This document shows positions 7,645-16,537 of a stretch of 64,000 bases of DNA, one piece after another (the stretch's first letter is position 1; each line of letters begins with the position of its first letter). The notes under the pieces were generated by a model. It ran no database searches, was not told where the DNA came from, and worked only from the letters and a program-made list of their open reading frames with translations. Origin of the DNA: an uncultured archaeon (GTDB lineage Archaea; Asgardarchaeota; Hermodarchaeia; Hermodarchaeales; Hermodarchaeaceae); NCBI GenBank assembly GCA_964347045.1, contig CAYFXC010000005.1:32068-96067 (forward strand), read 5' to 3'. The translations under genes and the position numbers were made by a program.

Positions 7645-9108
7645 TTATTTAAGTATTAGATCTGGAGGAATCGGAAGCTTGGGATGTCGCTGATAGTATT
7701 CATAAATCAGCTTCAGGATATCAGCCGCTTCTCCGATATTTGAAAAGACAGGAAGGTTTGCTTTGCGAAACTGATTGCGTGTGGCAAGATTTTCTAGTGG
7801 ATAGCCGATGGCTGGAACAGCTACTAAAAAGGGTTTGTGAAGCTCTTTAATGCAATATTGCCCGGCTTTAATCATCTTATCCCAGTAAAGAGTCGCCATA
7901 TCCTTCATGTCCATGTGATTTGCCATGAAGTTAACATAATGCGGAGCCGCTTCGATGATTATCGCATCTATTTTCTTATCTTCCGCGACATGACGGATTG
8001 TTTTTACAGTTTTTTCGGGATAGAAGTAACTGGATGCCATATCAATGGGATTTTTGATGTTGGTTCCCACTGCATCGATGACATTAGAAAGCGTTTGAAT
8101 GGTTTCTGGAGAAAGGCGAGGAATTTCAAATCCGTATTGGGCAAGTGAATCAGTTCCTGCAACGCCTGCCCCACCACTAATGGCAACTAAAGCGACTCGT
8201 TTACCCGGTGGTGGTGGGCATCGAATGAATGTAATAACTGTGTTGATGAGCCGTTCAAAACTATCCACGGAAACTGCACCTGTTTGGCGAAGGAGGGCAT
8301 TCCATATATTAGTGGAACCTGCTAGGGCAGCACTGTGACTGGAAACAGCCCGTTTTCCAGCTCCTGTGACACCCGCTTTCCAGACTACAATGGGTTTGTC
8401 TGGAGCACATGCGTTTATGGCTTTTCGGAGTCTCGGGCCATCACGAACTCCTTCAATATAGATTCCGATGACTTGTGTTTTGGAATCTTGGTGCAGGTAT
8501 TCTACGAGCTCCCAACTAGTGATGTCGGCTTCGTTGCCATAGCTGAATACTTTGCTTAATCCGAGATTAGTTTCTGTTATAGCAAGATATGCATCTATTG
8601 CTTTTCCACCAGATTGGGATACGAGTCCAACTGGTCCATGGTTCGGTTTCAGATCAGGTCGAAAAGCGAAATGAGTTTCAGGACATGCTAAACCAATACA
8701 ATTTGGACCAAACGCTCGCATGGGGCTAGCCTTAATTTTTTCCGTGATTTCTTTCTCTCGGCGAAATCCTTCCTTGGTTCCAAGTTCCCTAAATCCGCTA
8801 GCAAAAATTGTGACGCATTTGACACCTTTAGCAATGCATTCATCTAAGACTCCTGGAACATTGTGTGCAGGGACTCGAAGAATTGCATAGTCAACGGGAT
8901 CAGAGATATCGCTCAAAGATTTGTAAAATTTTAAACCCAAAGCTTCATCAATTTTCGGGTTCACGGGATAAATCTTTCCTGGAAAGCCATAATTAAGAAA
9001 TGATTTGAGCCAATAGAACCCGGCTGACTGGCTAGTTCCCACTATTGCAACAGATTTAGAATGAATGAAGCTTTCGAATTGTTGAAAAGTCTTTGCATCC
9101 ATAGGCAT
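7645..9108 (-). CDS. Acyl/acetyl-CoA synthetase (ADP-forming) alpha-type protein (CoA-binding + CoA-ligase domains)
   Basis: N-terminal CoA-binding Rossmann motif (SVAIVGTSQS...), NCIGL, and SQSGG followed by a succinyl-CoA-synthetase-like flavodoxin domain. No ATP-grasp domain is present in this ORF. Confidence 0.75.
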   Translation of the reverse strand: MPMDAKTFQQFESFIHSKSVAIVGTSQSAGFYWLKSFLNYGFPGKIYPVNPKIDEALGLKFYKSLSDISDPVDYAILRVPAHNVPGVLDECIAKGVKCVTIFASGFRELGTKEGFRREKEITEKIKASPMRAFGPNCIGLACPETHFAFRPDLKPNHGPVGLVSQSGGKAIDAYLAITETNLGLSKVFSYGNEADITSWELVEYLHQDSKTQVIGIYIEGVRDGPRLRKAINACAPDKPIVVWKAGVTGAGKRAVSSHSAALAGSTNIWNALLRQTGAVSVDSFERLINTVITFIRCPPPPGKRVALVAISGGAGVAGTDSLAQYGFEIPRLSPETIQTLSNVIDAVGTNIKNPIDMASSYFYPEKTVKTIRHVAEDKKIDAIIIEAAPHYVNFMANHMDMKDMATLYWDKMIKAGQYCIKELHKPFLVAVPAIGYPLENLATRNQFRKANLPVFSNIGEAADILKLIYEYYQRHPKLPIPPDLILK

Positions 9109-9175
9109 CCCAAGTGATGACTCGTATTATAAGCCGATGGGCTTTGTCATACTATTATTTTATGCTTCGCAAAAG

Positions 9176-9679
9176 TCAGGATTCCCTGGGTTCTACAAAG
9201 ATTTGAGGAAGTGCTCTCTCGACTGCAAACATAACAGCAATACCAATAGCACAAAGAATGGCTGTACTGATTAGTATTCCAGGCATTAGGAGAAAATATG
9301 GTGTGAAGACAAGAAACTGGAGATAGGCAGGAACACCTAACCCGATTATAACAGTTGGATATAACCAAGCGAGAATCCAATGGGGACAGGTTTTTCGGTT
9401 CATCACCAAAATACCCGCAAGTAAGTTTAGGAGGCTCCCAAAGGTGACATCAATCAAAAGAAGTCCCCCGAAAATGTTGGCGACGAATCCCCCAATAAAT
9501 AAAGCAGAAGCCATTGGCCAACCAAAGATAAAAGGGAAGGGTAATAGTACATCAGCTACGCGAAATTGGATGCTATAATAACTGAAAGATCCCAACGCAA
9601 TGGTAACTGCTGCATAAACTGCAGACATAATTGCCATCAAGGCAATGCTTTGTGTTCGATTAAATCTAGCTTGTTTCAT
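9176..9679 (-). CDS. queT: QueT-family membrane transporter (queuosine-precursor ECF S-component type)
   Basis: 167-aa multi-TM protein with the pattern AIMSAVYAAVT...IQFRVADVL.PFP...GGFVANIFGG..LIDV.FGSLLNL, which is typical of QueT. Confidence 0.65.
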   Translation of the reverse strand: MKQARFNRTQSIALMAIMSAVYAAVTIALGSFSYYSIQFRVADVLLPFPFIFGWPMASALFIGGFVANIFGGLLLIDVTFGSLLNLLAGILVMNRKTCPHWILAWLYPTVIIGLGVPAYLQFLVFTPYFLLMPGILISTAILCAIGIAVMFAVERALPQIFVEPRES

Positions 9680-9897
9680 GGTTTAGAAACCTCGCAGCCC
9701 GGGGTTTGTATATTTGAGCGGAGCACGGTGCGAGCATCCCACCCGCTCAACCATCGCCATGTTTTCTATCCTTATATTTGCTTTGTCAGCGCAACTAGCA
9801 TCCATAAAAAGGAGAAGCGTGTCTGCTTCGAATCCCCAAACTTAAAGCGAACTTCTAGTTATAAAAGAACTCAATACAGAGTCAATAACAATTAACG

Positions 9898-11829
9898 GTG
9901 GGCGACACAGTGCCAATTCATATCGAAGATGACCTGTTTTTTGACGAAAAGAATGTCACCCGCAATCCCAACGACCAGTGGTTTGAAAAATACCTTAAAC
10001 CATATTATGTGCAACCTGTTGATGGACAATACTTGTTTTGTAACATGCAAGTTGGGCGACGACCCGATCGGGTATTCTATATGATTTCTGAGGGCTATAA
10101 ACTAGGGAAGGGTCAACGAACCTTCGATCGCGAGATTGGATTGAAACTCTATGAGGTTGTCCTTCGTTATCTTCAAACAGCTAAAGTAATCGTTCAGGAT
10201 GGAATACAAGGGGAAGCGGGATATAAAACTGGGCTCCGCATTGTGCTCAGCGTAGAAAATCCACATATTGCATATATTACCTGGTTTGGCCGCTTGATGA
10301 TCTACCCCCCTGAAAAAGAAATGCAGATTCACTGCTGGAACTACATTGTTCAAGAACGCCTACCTGACGAGGTAATTAGCAAAATTCGGTCATTTTGGCC
10401 GGATTTCGACCCAGAGGAACCACTAACACTCTATGATTTGACTCGAATGGATCAAGATCATCGCCGTGTCATGAGTTTACGTGTTGACTATTTTGGCGGG
10501 GCTTTTAAGAAGCCGAATCTCACCATGGTTTGGAATCGTGGTGAAGCTGATGGGTGTGTTTCGTATCACGCTGGTTGTACAAGGACTCGTGTTCTTAAAG
10601 GGCTCTCGGGCACGGGAAAAACAACACTCACGGTAGGGCCTCAACTTGAACAGGATGACGCCATCCTTGGATTACTCAAATATAATGCAACATCGAATAT
10701 CAACGAAGTTCAACTCATTGGGCTTGAAGCTGCCTCCTACGCAAAAAGTGAAGGATTAGTTCCGGATAGCCCTGAGTGGCCTGGTCTCATGAAATCAAAG
10801 CAAATCCAGGCCAATGGCTCAAAACCAGTGGTTCTTGCTCAAAACATCGACTGCGAAGGTATCGAATATCGAATCGAAGAAATCGCTGGTTACGACGTGA
10901 AAGTTCCACGACCCCTCGCAGGCCAACAAGTTGGTCATCTTCTTCCCACTCGGTATGAACAATCAGGAACCACAAATGGTCGATTCGTCTTCCGATTCTA
11001 TGATTTGAATCCGGATTGGACACCGGGGTCACCCAAAAAACTTCGGACAGAAATGCTTTCATTTCGACGATTTGACATCTTTCCCTTGGTTGTGCGTATC
11101 ACTGATCCCGCCATGGCCGTCGCACTTGATTCAGCCTGCGAGTCTGTTATTACCTCAGCGATTGGTGGCAAAATCCCGGGTACGCGAGTTCGATCCTATG
11201 CCGCAACTGACTTCATGGCCCGCGAACAAAGCCATCAAGCACTCCTTAAACTCAAAATGTATACTGATATGAACCTTGATTTTGATGGACAATTGGTCTT
11301 TGCCATCGTGAATTCAGGTTATGTGGGTGAATATGACCTCTCTGGAAACCAACGGCGTCGCCTTGATGAGAAAGGGACACCAATAGTGAAAATCGACGAG
11401 GCGACAGGTAAACCTTATCTCAACGCTCAAGGAAAGCCTGTCTACTTGGGTCTGGGTGAAAAAGTCAAAGTCAACGATACAAAACTCCTCGTGAAACTCA
11501 CCGAAACCCGTGCAATCAAAGCCTGGCTCCCGCATCCTGTCTTCGGAGATGCTTATCTTATACCTGACCCCCTTGAATTGGAAGAAACACATGGGCTTAT
11601 AAATTACCGGCAACGTTTCAATCCACTTCGTTTCTATTCAGCTAAAGAATATCTGAAATTTTGTCAACGCGATATCGATGAGCGAACAGCGTATCTTGCA
11701 GACCTCTTCTCTGAGCAGGAACACGCAGAGAAGCTTCACTGCATTATCAACGTCTGGAAGAAAGTTACCCTCCCCTCAGAGAAAGCCGTCCAAAACTTCT
11801 ATGAAACTCACTTCGGTAATCAAAAATAA
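9898..11829 (+). CDS. Divergent ATP-type phosphoenolpyruvate carboxykinase-like protein (643 aa, GTG start)
   Basis: Kinase-1a motif GLSGTGKTTLT, YFGGAFKK (compare YAGEMKK), YHAGC (compare MHCSAN) and GRRPDR (compare GRSPKD). The IGDDEHGW and EGGCYAK equivalents are degenerate (EQDDAILG, LEAASYAK), and the protein is about 100 aa longer than typical PckA. Confidence 0.65.
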   Translation: MGDTVPIHIEDDLFFDEKNVTRNPNDQWFEKYLKPYYVQPVDGQYLFCNMQVGRRPDRVFYMISEGYKLGKGQRTFDREIGLKLYEVVLRYLQTAKVIVQDGIQGEAGYKTGLRIVLSVENPHIAYITWFGRLMIYPPEKEMQIHCWNYIVQERLPDEVISKIRSFWPDFDPEEPLTLYDLTRMDQDHRRVMSLRVDYFGGAFKKPNLTMVWNRGEADGCVSYHAGCTRTRVLKGLSGTGKTTLTVGPQLEQDDAILGLLKYNATSNINEVQLIGLEAASYAKSEGLVPDSPEWPGLMKSKQIQANGSKPVVLAQNIDCEGIEYRIEEIAGYDVKVPRPLAGQQVGHLLPTRYEQSGTTNGRFVFRFYDLNPDWTPGSPKKLRTEMLSFRRFDIFPLVVRITDPAMAVALDSACESVITSAIGGKIPGTRVRSYAATDFMAREQSHQALLKLKMYTDMNLDFDGQLVFAIVNSGYVGEYDLSGNQRRRLDEKGTPIVKIDEATGKPYLNAQGKPVYLGLGEKVKVNDTKLLVKLTETRAIKAWLPHPVFGDAYLIPDPLELEETHGLINYRQRFNPLRFYSAKEYLKFCQRDIDERTAYLADLFSEQEHAEKLHCIINVWKKVTLPSEKAVQNFYETHFGNQK

Positions 11830-11851
11830 CCACTTTGTTAAGTGTAATATA

Positions 11852-12601
11852 ATGATTTATCGCGATTTCGCAAGCTTGTATGCAACAGGAGATTTCCCTC
11901 AATTTAGCGTACGAGTTGCTGAACTCCTTCCTGCCCTTTTTGAGCAATATAACATTCAACCCGACACAATCCTCGATCTGGCTTGTGGTGAAGGCTCCTT
12001 TGCCATAGCAATGGCTAAACAAGGATTCAAAGTGACTGGCGTCGATATATCAACTGAAATGCTCGATTTTGCGTGTAAAAAAGCTCAAGTTGAAAATGTA
12101 CAAGTTTCCTTTTTGGAGATGGATATCCGTCAGCTCGACCTGAATGCCACCTTTGATTTGGTGACTTGCTGGTTTGACAGTCTAAACTATTTACTTACAC
12201 TTGAAGACCTTGAAGCCACGTTTACTCGCACAGTCCAACACCTAAACCTTGGTGGATTCTTCATGTTCGACATGAACACTATTCACTGGCTAACCACCCT
12301 TGCTAAACGTCATTCTGTAACTCTTGAACGTGAAACAGAAGACATCTTCCAAGTGCATCGTCATTCCTATGATGAAGATAGCCACATTGCGACTTTCAAA
12401 ATCACTGGGTTCGTTAAAGACAATGACACATGGGTTCGCCGTGTTGACGAAACCCATCAAGAACGCGGTTACACCCTCGAAGAAATACGCTTATGTTTGA
12501 ATAAAGCTGGACTACGTGAAGTCGCTTGTTGGAACAGCCTTGAAGAGCGTCTACCCATTGCACCTGATAGCAAGCGTGTGTGGTTTATAACTCAAAAATA
12601 G
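11852..12601 (+). CDS. Class I SAM-dependent methyltransferase
   Basis: SAM-binding motif I ILDLACGEGSFAIAMAKQGFKVTGVDIS, post-I EMDIRQL and motif II FDLVTCWFDSLNYL. I placed the start at ATG 11852 because the track ORF start (11678) would overlap the PEPCK-like gene by about 150 nt. Confidence 0.8.
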   Translation: MIYRDFASLYATGDFPQFSVRVAELLPALFEQYNIQPDTILDLACGEGSFAIAMAKQGFKVTGVDISTEMLDFACKKAQVENVQVSFLEMDIRQLDLNATFDLVTCWFDSLNYLLTLEDLEATFTRTVQHLNLGGFFMFDMNTIHWLTTLAKRHSVTLERETEDIFQVHRHSYDEDSHIATFKITGFVKDNDTWVRRVDETHQERGYTLEEIRLCLNKAGLREVACWNSLEERLPIAPDSKRVWFITQK

Positions 12602-12606
12602 TTGAA

Positions 12607-12969
12607 CTATTTTTCCAACGCCAAGGCGTTTTGATAGCTTTTCATTACTAACCCCATCACCGCGTTTAATGCAGTGTGATCTTTGACAGGTAGACGAACC
12701 CACTTTTTGATGACACGCTGGTTGTGCTCAAAAACTTGCGCACCTGAAACATTCAATGCATCTATTCTGTCATTGTCAGATAATCGGGTTAGCACAACAC
12801 CATTGGCTACAAGGAAGGCGAACAATTTCTCTTTTACTGTGTAGCTTGGGCACCCAAACATTTTCTTTGTCGCCACATGGGGGCACCGCAAAATCTCCTC
12901 TTCAAATTCTTCACGAATCATCTTCATTTGGCTCTCAGAGTAGAATTTCATGAATAACAACTCGGGCAT
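12607..12969 (-). CDS. TfoX N-terminal-domain-like protein
   Basis: Pattern KKMFGCPSYTVKEKLFAFLVANGVVLTRL resembles the TfoX_N core (MFGG..Y.v.gkmFa). The start was moved to an internal Met because the track start at 13044 leaves only 14 nt before the divergent gene. Confidence 0.4.
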   Translation of the reverse strand: MPELLFMKFYSESQMKMIREEFEEEILRCPHVATKKMFGCPSYTVKEKLFAFLVANGVVLTRLSDNDRIDALNVSGAQVFEHNQRVIKKWVRLPVKDHTALNAVMGLVMKSYQNALALEK

Positions 12970-13058
12970 TACTAGCCTGGTATGGCAAGTATCGCACAGA
13001 TAATTATAACAATCTAGACGCCATAAGAAATCCCACGCCCACAACTTCTTCGAATGAG

Positions 13059-14267
13059 GTGAAGCAAATGGAAATTCGAAAAATCACTAAAGAAGACCTT
13101 ACCCAAGTCGTCAAACTGCATCAATATGCCTATGGCTTTTGGACCGATCAAGAAGTTCGAGATGAAGATTATAATTACATGATTCCCGAAAACATCATCG
13201 GGCTATTTGAAAATGACACTCTCCTATCAGTTCTCACCATTATGCCAACTAAACAATCGATCCGCGGAGTTCTCAAAGGGATGGGTGGCATTTCTATGGT
13301 GGGCACCTATCCCGAAGCCCGAATGAAAGGTTATGTCCGTTCAATCATGCAGAGGGCCTTTTTAGAAATGAAAGAAACAGGTCTTTCTGTTAGCATGTTG
13401 GAACCATTCCGTGAAACATTCTACTCACGACTGGGCTATGTTCCTGCCTATGAAAAATACCAGCTAAAAGCACCTCTCGATGGCTTGCGGGTTTCTCCTG
13501 ATAAGGCAATTGGCGACGAATGGATTTTTGAACGCGTACCAGGACACAAGGCGAAAGATGCCTATATGACCTTCATCCAAGACTTCGCCCCAACCACCTT
13601 CCACGGCTATGCCTTCAATCCGCTCATTCGCGATGAAGAATGGACCCACCGGAATAAAAACCGACACTTCATCTTTGTTAAGAAAGCCGGCAAAGTTGAA
13701 GCTCTCGCTCGTTATCAACTCAAAGGCTATATGCACTTTGATGAAACAGGGCAACTTATTGTTGAGGAAATGTATTGGCGTTCCCTGTCAGCTCAAGCAG
13801 CACTTTTCAACTTCTTTGGCAAACACAGAGATCAAATCCAAACGCTCCGAATGCTAATACCTTTCGGAACCAATTTTCAACACTGGTTTGAAGACCTCAG
13901 AGATTGGGTTGAAATCAAAGTATGGCACCCATGGATGGTTCGCATTATTGACGCAAAAAACACCCTAACAGGTCTTCCAACACCTACCAATGGTGAAATA
14001 ACCATCACTGTTAGCGACCCCCAGTGTGGATGGAATAACAATACCTATCTTCTCCAAGCCGGAAATGGTCACCTCGAAGCAAGTGTAACAAAACGGACTG
14101 GCAAACTTGAAACAAACATTCACGGTTTAACTGCCCTCGTCTATGGTACTCATCCCCTAGAAGTCCTCGAATACGCTAACTGGATCAAAGGGCTCAACGA
14201 ACAGACACGCAACCTACTTAAAAGTTGGTTTCCGCCCCTACCACTCTATAATCCCTACACCTACTAG
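13059..14267 (+). CDS. Eis-like GNAT N-acetyltransferase with C-terminal SCP2-like domain (paralog 2, 402 aa)
   Basis: Same length and motifs as 4247-5455 (EIRKIT, QSIRGVLKG.GG, TYPEAR.KGYVR, SVSMLEPF..FY, C-terminal WFPPLPLYN). Confidence 0.75.
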   Translation: MKQMEIRKITKEDLTQVVKLHQYAYGFWTDQEVRDEDYNYMIPENIIGLFENDTLLSVLTIMPTKQSIRGVLKGMGGISMVGTYPEARMKGYVRSIMQRAFLEMKETGLSVSMLEPFRETFYSRLGYVPAYEKYQLKAPLDGLRVSPDKAIGDEWIFERVPGHKAKDAYMTFIQDFAPTTFHGYAFNPLIRDEEWTHRNKNRHFIFVKKAGKVEALARYQLKGYMHFDETGQLIVEEMYWRSLSAQAALFNFFGKHRDQIQTLRMLIPFGTNFQHWFEDLRDWVEIKVWHPWMVRIIDAKNTLTGLPTPTNGEITITVSDPQCGWNNNTYLLQAGNGHLEASVTKRTGKLETNIHGLTALVYGTHPLEVLEYANWIKGLNEQTRNLLKSWFPPLPLYNPYTY

Positions 14268-14362
14268 TAGATTGAATTTAAAGGAGAAATACAGAGCCAA
14301 GCTTCTCAATCTACTTTATTATCTTCTACCCCGTAACAGTGATAAAGCTCAAATTGTAGCTG

Positions 14363-16396
14363 TTGCTCGGGAGGCGCAACAACTCCGTGGCCACATCGCG
14401 AAAATTCAAACTCAACCCAGACTATACCCCACGCGGTGATCAACCCAAAGCCATCCAGAGACTAATTGATGGCTTTGAACGAGGAAAAAATCAACAGACA
14501 CTATTAGGTGTAACGGGCTCAGGAAAAACTTTCACGGTAGCCTCGGTTGTTGAAGCTCTCCAAAAACCAACGCTGGTTATTGCCCCAAATAAGACACTAG
14601 CGGCACAATTAACGAGTATGTTCCGTGAATACTTCCCCGAGAACGCAGTAGAATATTACACATCCTATTATGATTATTTCCAACCCGAAGCCTACATGCC
14701 AACATCAGATGTGTATATCGAAAAGGATGCATCCATTAACGAAGAAGTTGAACGCATGCGATTGTCCGCAGTCGCTTCTCTCGCTGTTCGAAATGATGTC
14801 CTCATCGTTGCCACTGTCTCATGCATCTATGGAATCGGAGCACCTGGGTCATACCGAAACTTAGTAGTAGAGCTAGAACAGGGACAAGACATCCCACGAG
14901 ACGAGCTTTTCGCTCGCCTTGTTCATATTAACTATACTCGCAATGATTTCGATTTTCATCGAGGAACATTTCGGGTTCGCGGTGAAGTAATCGAAGTCTT
15001 TCCGGCGTATGCGAATCATCCAATTCGACTAGAAACCTTCGGGGATACAATTGAACGTATCACAGACATCGCACCTGTGAAAGGCACAGTACTCTATGAA
15101 CGAGAAAAAGCCAAAATCTTCCCCGCCAAACAATTCACCACAGATCAAAAGATATTACCAGAAATTTTAGAACAAATAGAAAACGAACTAGATGCCCGCT
15201 TAAAGGAATTAGAAGAGCAAGAAAAAATACTGGAAGCAGACCGACTACGTCGGCGAGTGAAATATGATATCGAAATGATGCGCTCCGTTGGCTGGACCGG
15301 AGGCATCGAAAACTACTCTAGATATTTTGATGGACGCAAGGAGGGTCAGAAACCTTTCTGTCTATTAGATCACTATCCTGAAGCTTTTCTCCTTGTAATT
15401 GATGAATCTCACATCACCGTTCCACAGATCGGTGGCATGTACTATGGTGATTTATCCCGAAAACGCAACCTTGTGGATTATGGGTTCCGGTTACCCTCAG
15501 CATTTGATAATCGTCCTTTAACCTTTGAAGAATTTGAACCCTATATGCGAACCGTACTCTATACTTCCGCAACACCCGCTGGTTATGAAAGAAAGCATTC
15601 GAATGAGATCGTTGAACAAATCGTTCGGCCCACAGGTCTAGTTGACCCGAAAATCATTGTACGTCCTACGGAAGGGCAAGTGGAAGACTTATTGGGAGAA
15701 ATCCGTGACCGCGCGAAAAAGGATGAGCGTGTTCTGGTAACCACATTAACGAAACGCATGGCTGAAGACTTGGCTGATTATATGGTGCACGCGGGTGTCA
15801 AGGCGGAATATCTACACTCAGAAGTGGGAACTCTCGAGCGAATTGAAGTACTACGAAATCTTCGGCGCGGGAAACATGAGGTTGTAGTGGGAATTAATCT
15901 TCTACGTGAAGGACTCGATCTTCCTGAAGTCTCGCTTGTAGCTATTCTAGATGCAGATAAGGAGGGGTTCCTACGTTCTGAAACAAGTTTGATTCAGATT
16001 ATGGGGCGAGCTAGCCGCAATGTTAGCGGGACAGTTATTTTGTACGCAGATCGAATGACTGAATCAATGAAACGAGCAATTGGTGAGAATAATCGACGCC
16101 GAGATATGCAAATTGCCTATAACAAGGAGCATGGCATCACAGCAACAACCATTGTTAAATCCATTTCCGATATTGCAGAAGGTGTTGAGCGGCTTACTGC
16201 AGATTCACGTACACAAGTGAAGGTACCAAAGAATTGGCGTAGTGCTAATGAAAGTGATTTGGCCCTATTAATCGTTGAATTAAGAGAGGAGATGCTACAG
16301 GCAGCAGAAGACCTAGAATTTGAACGCGCAGCTGAGGTTCGGGATTTAATTAACGAGATTGAAGCCTATTTGGGACTTCAGACAAAGGTTTCATAG
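14363..16396 (+). CDS. uvrB: Excinuclease ABC subunit B
   Basis: P.GDQPKAI, Walker A GVTGSGKT, DESH box, YYDYFQPEAY beta-hairpin region, helicase motifs, and a C-terminal UVR domain (LEFERAAEVRD). The start is TTG 14363 or GTG 14387. Confidence 0.95.
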   Translation: MLGRRNNSVATSRKFKLNPDYTPRGDQPKAIQRLIDGFERGKNQQTLLGVTGSGKTFTVASVVEALQKPTLVIAPNKTLAAQLTSMFREYFPENAVEYYTSYYDYFQPEAYMPTSDVYIEKDASINEEVERMRLSAVASLAVRNDVLIVATVSCIYGIGAPGSYRNLVVELEQGQDIPRDELFARLVHINYTRNDFDFHRGTFRVRGEVIEVFPAYANHPIRLETFGDTIERITDIAPVKGTVLYEREKAKIFPAKQFTTDQKILPEILEQIENELDARLKELEEQEKILEADRLRRRVKYDIEMMRSVGWTGGIENYSRYFDGRKEGQKPFCLLDHYPEAFLLVIDESHITVPQIGGMYYGDLSRKRNLVDYGFRLPSAFDNRPLTFEEFEPYMRTVLYTSATPAGYERKHSNEIVEQIVRPTGLVDPKIIVRPTEGQVEDLLGEIRDRAKKDERVLVTTLTKRMAEDLADYMVHAGVKAEYLHSEVGTLERIEVLRNLRRGKHEVVVGINLLREGLDLPEVSLVAILDADKEGFLRSETSLIQIMGRASRNVSGTVILYADRMTESMKRAIGENNRRRDMQIAYNKEHGITATTIVKSISDIAEGVERLTADSRTQVKVPKNWRSANESDLALLIVELREEMLQAAEDLEFERAAEVRDLINEIEAYLGLQTKVS

Positions 16397-16537
16397 GCTG
16401 AATTACTTACACTCTGGTCTCCCTTCCTCTTATATGTTTAAACAAACCTCTGGAGTGAGAAAGCTGATAAAACAGGTCAGCTAACCTGGCACGCTGACGC
16501 ACTATATGGTTGGGCTGGGTGTAGAACCGTAACTCTT

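Noticed and set aside
9680-9712. preQ1 riboswitch upstream of queT
   Set aside because: I compared the sense-strand leader with the B. subtilis and T. tengcongensis preQ1-I aptamers from memory. There is a 5-bp hairpin plus an A-rich tail, but no matching loop/tail pseudoknot complementarity or conserved CCC/ACUA elements. I kept it only as a generic structured-leader finding.
11678-11851. 58-codon N-terminal extension of the methyltransferase ORF
   Set aside because: It would overlap the PEPCK-like gene by about 150 nt, and the encoded segment is low-complexity Ser/Thr/Lys/Arg. ATG 11852 gives a normal MTase N-terminus.
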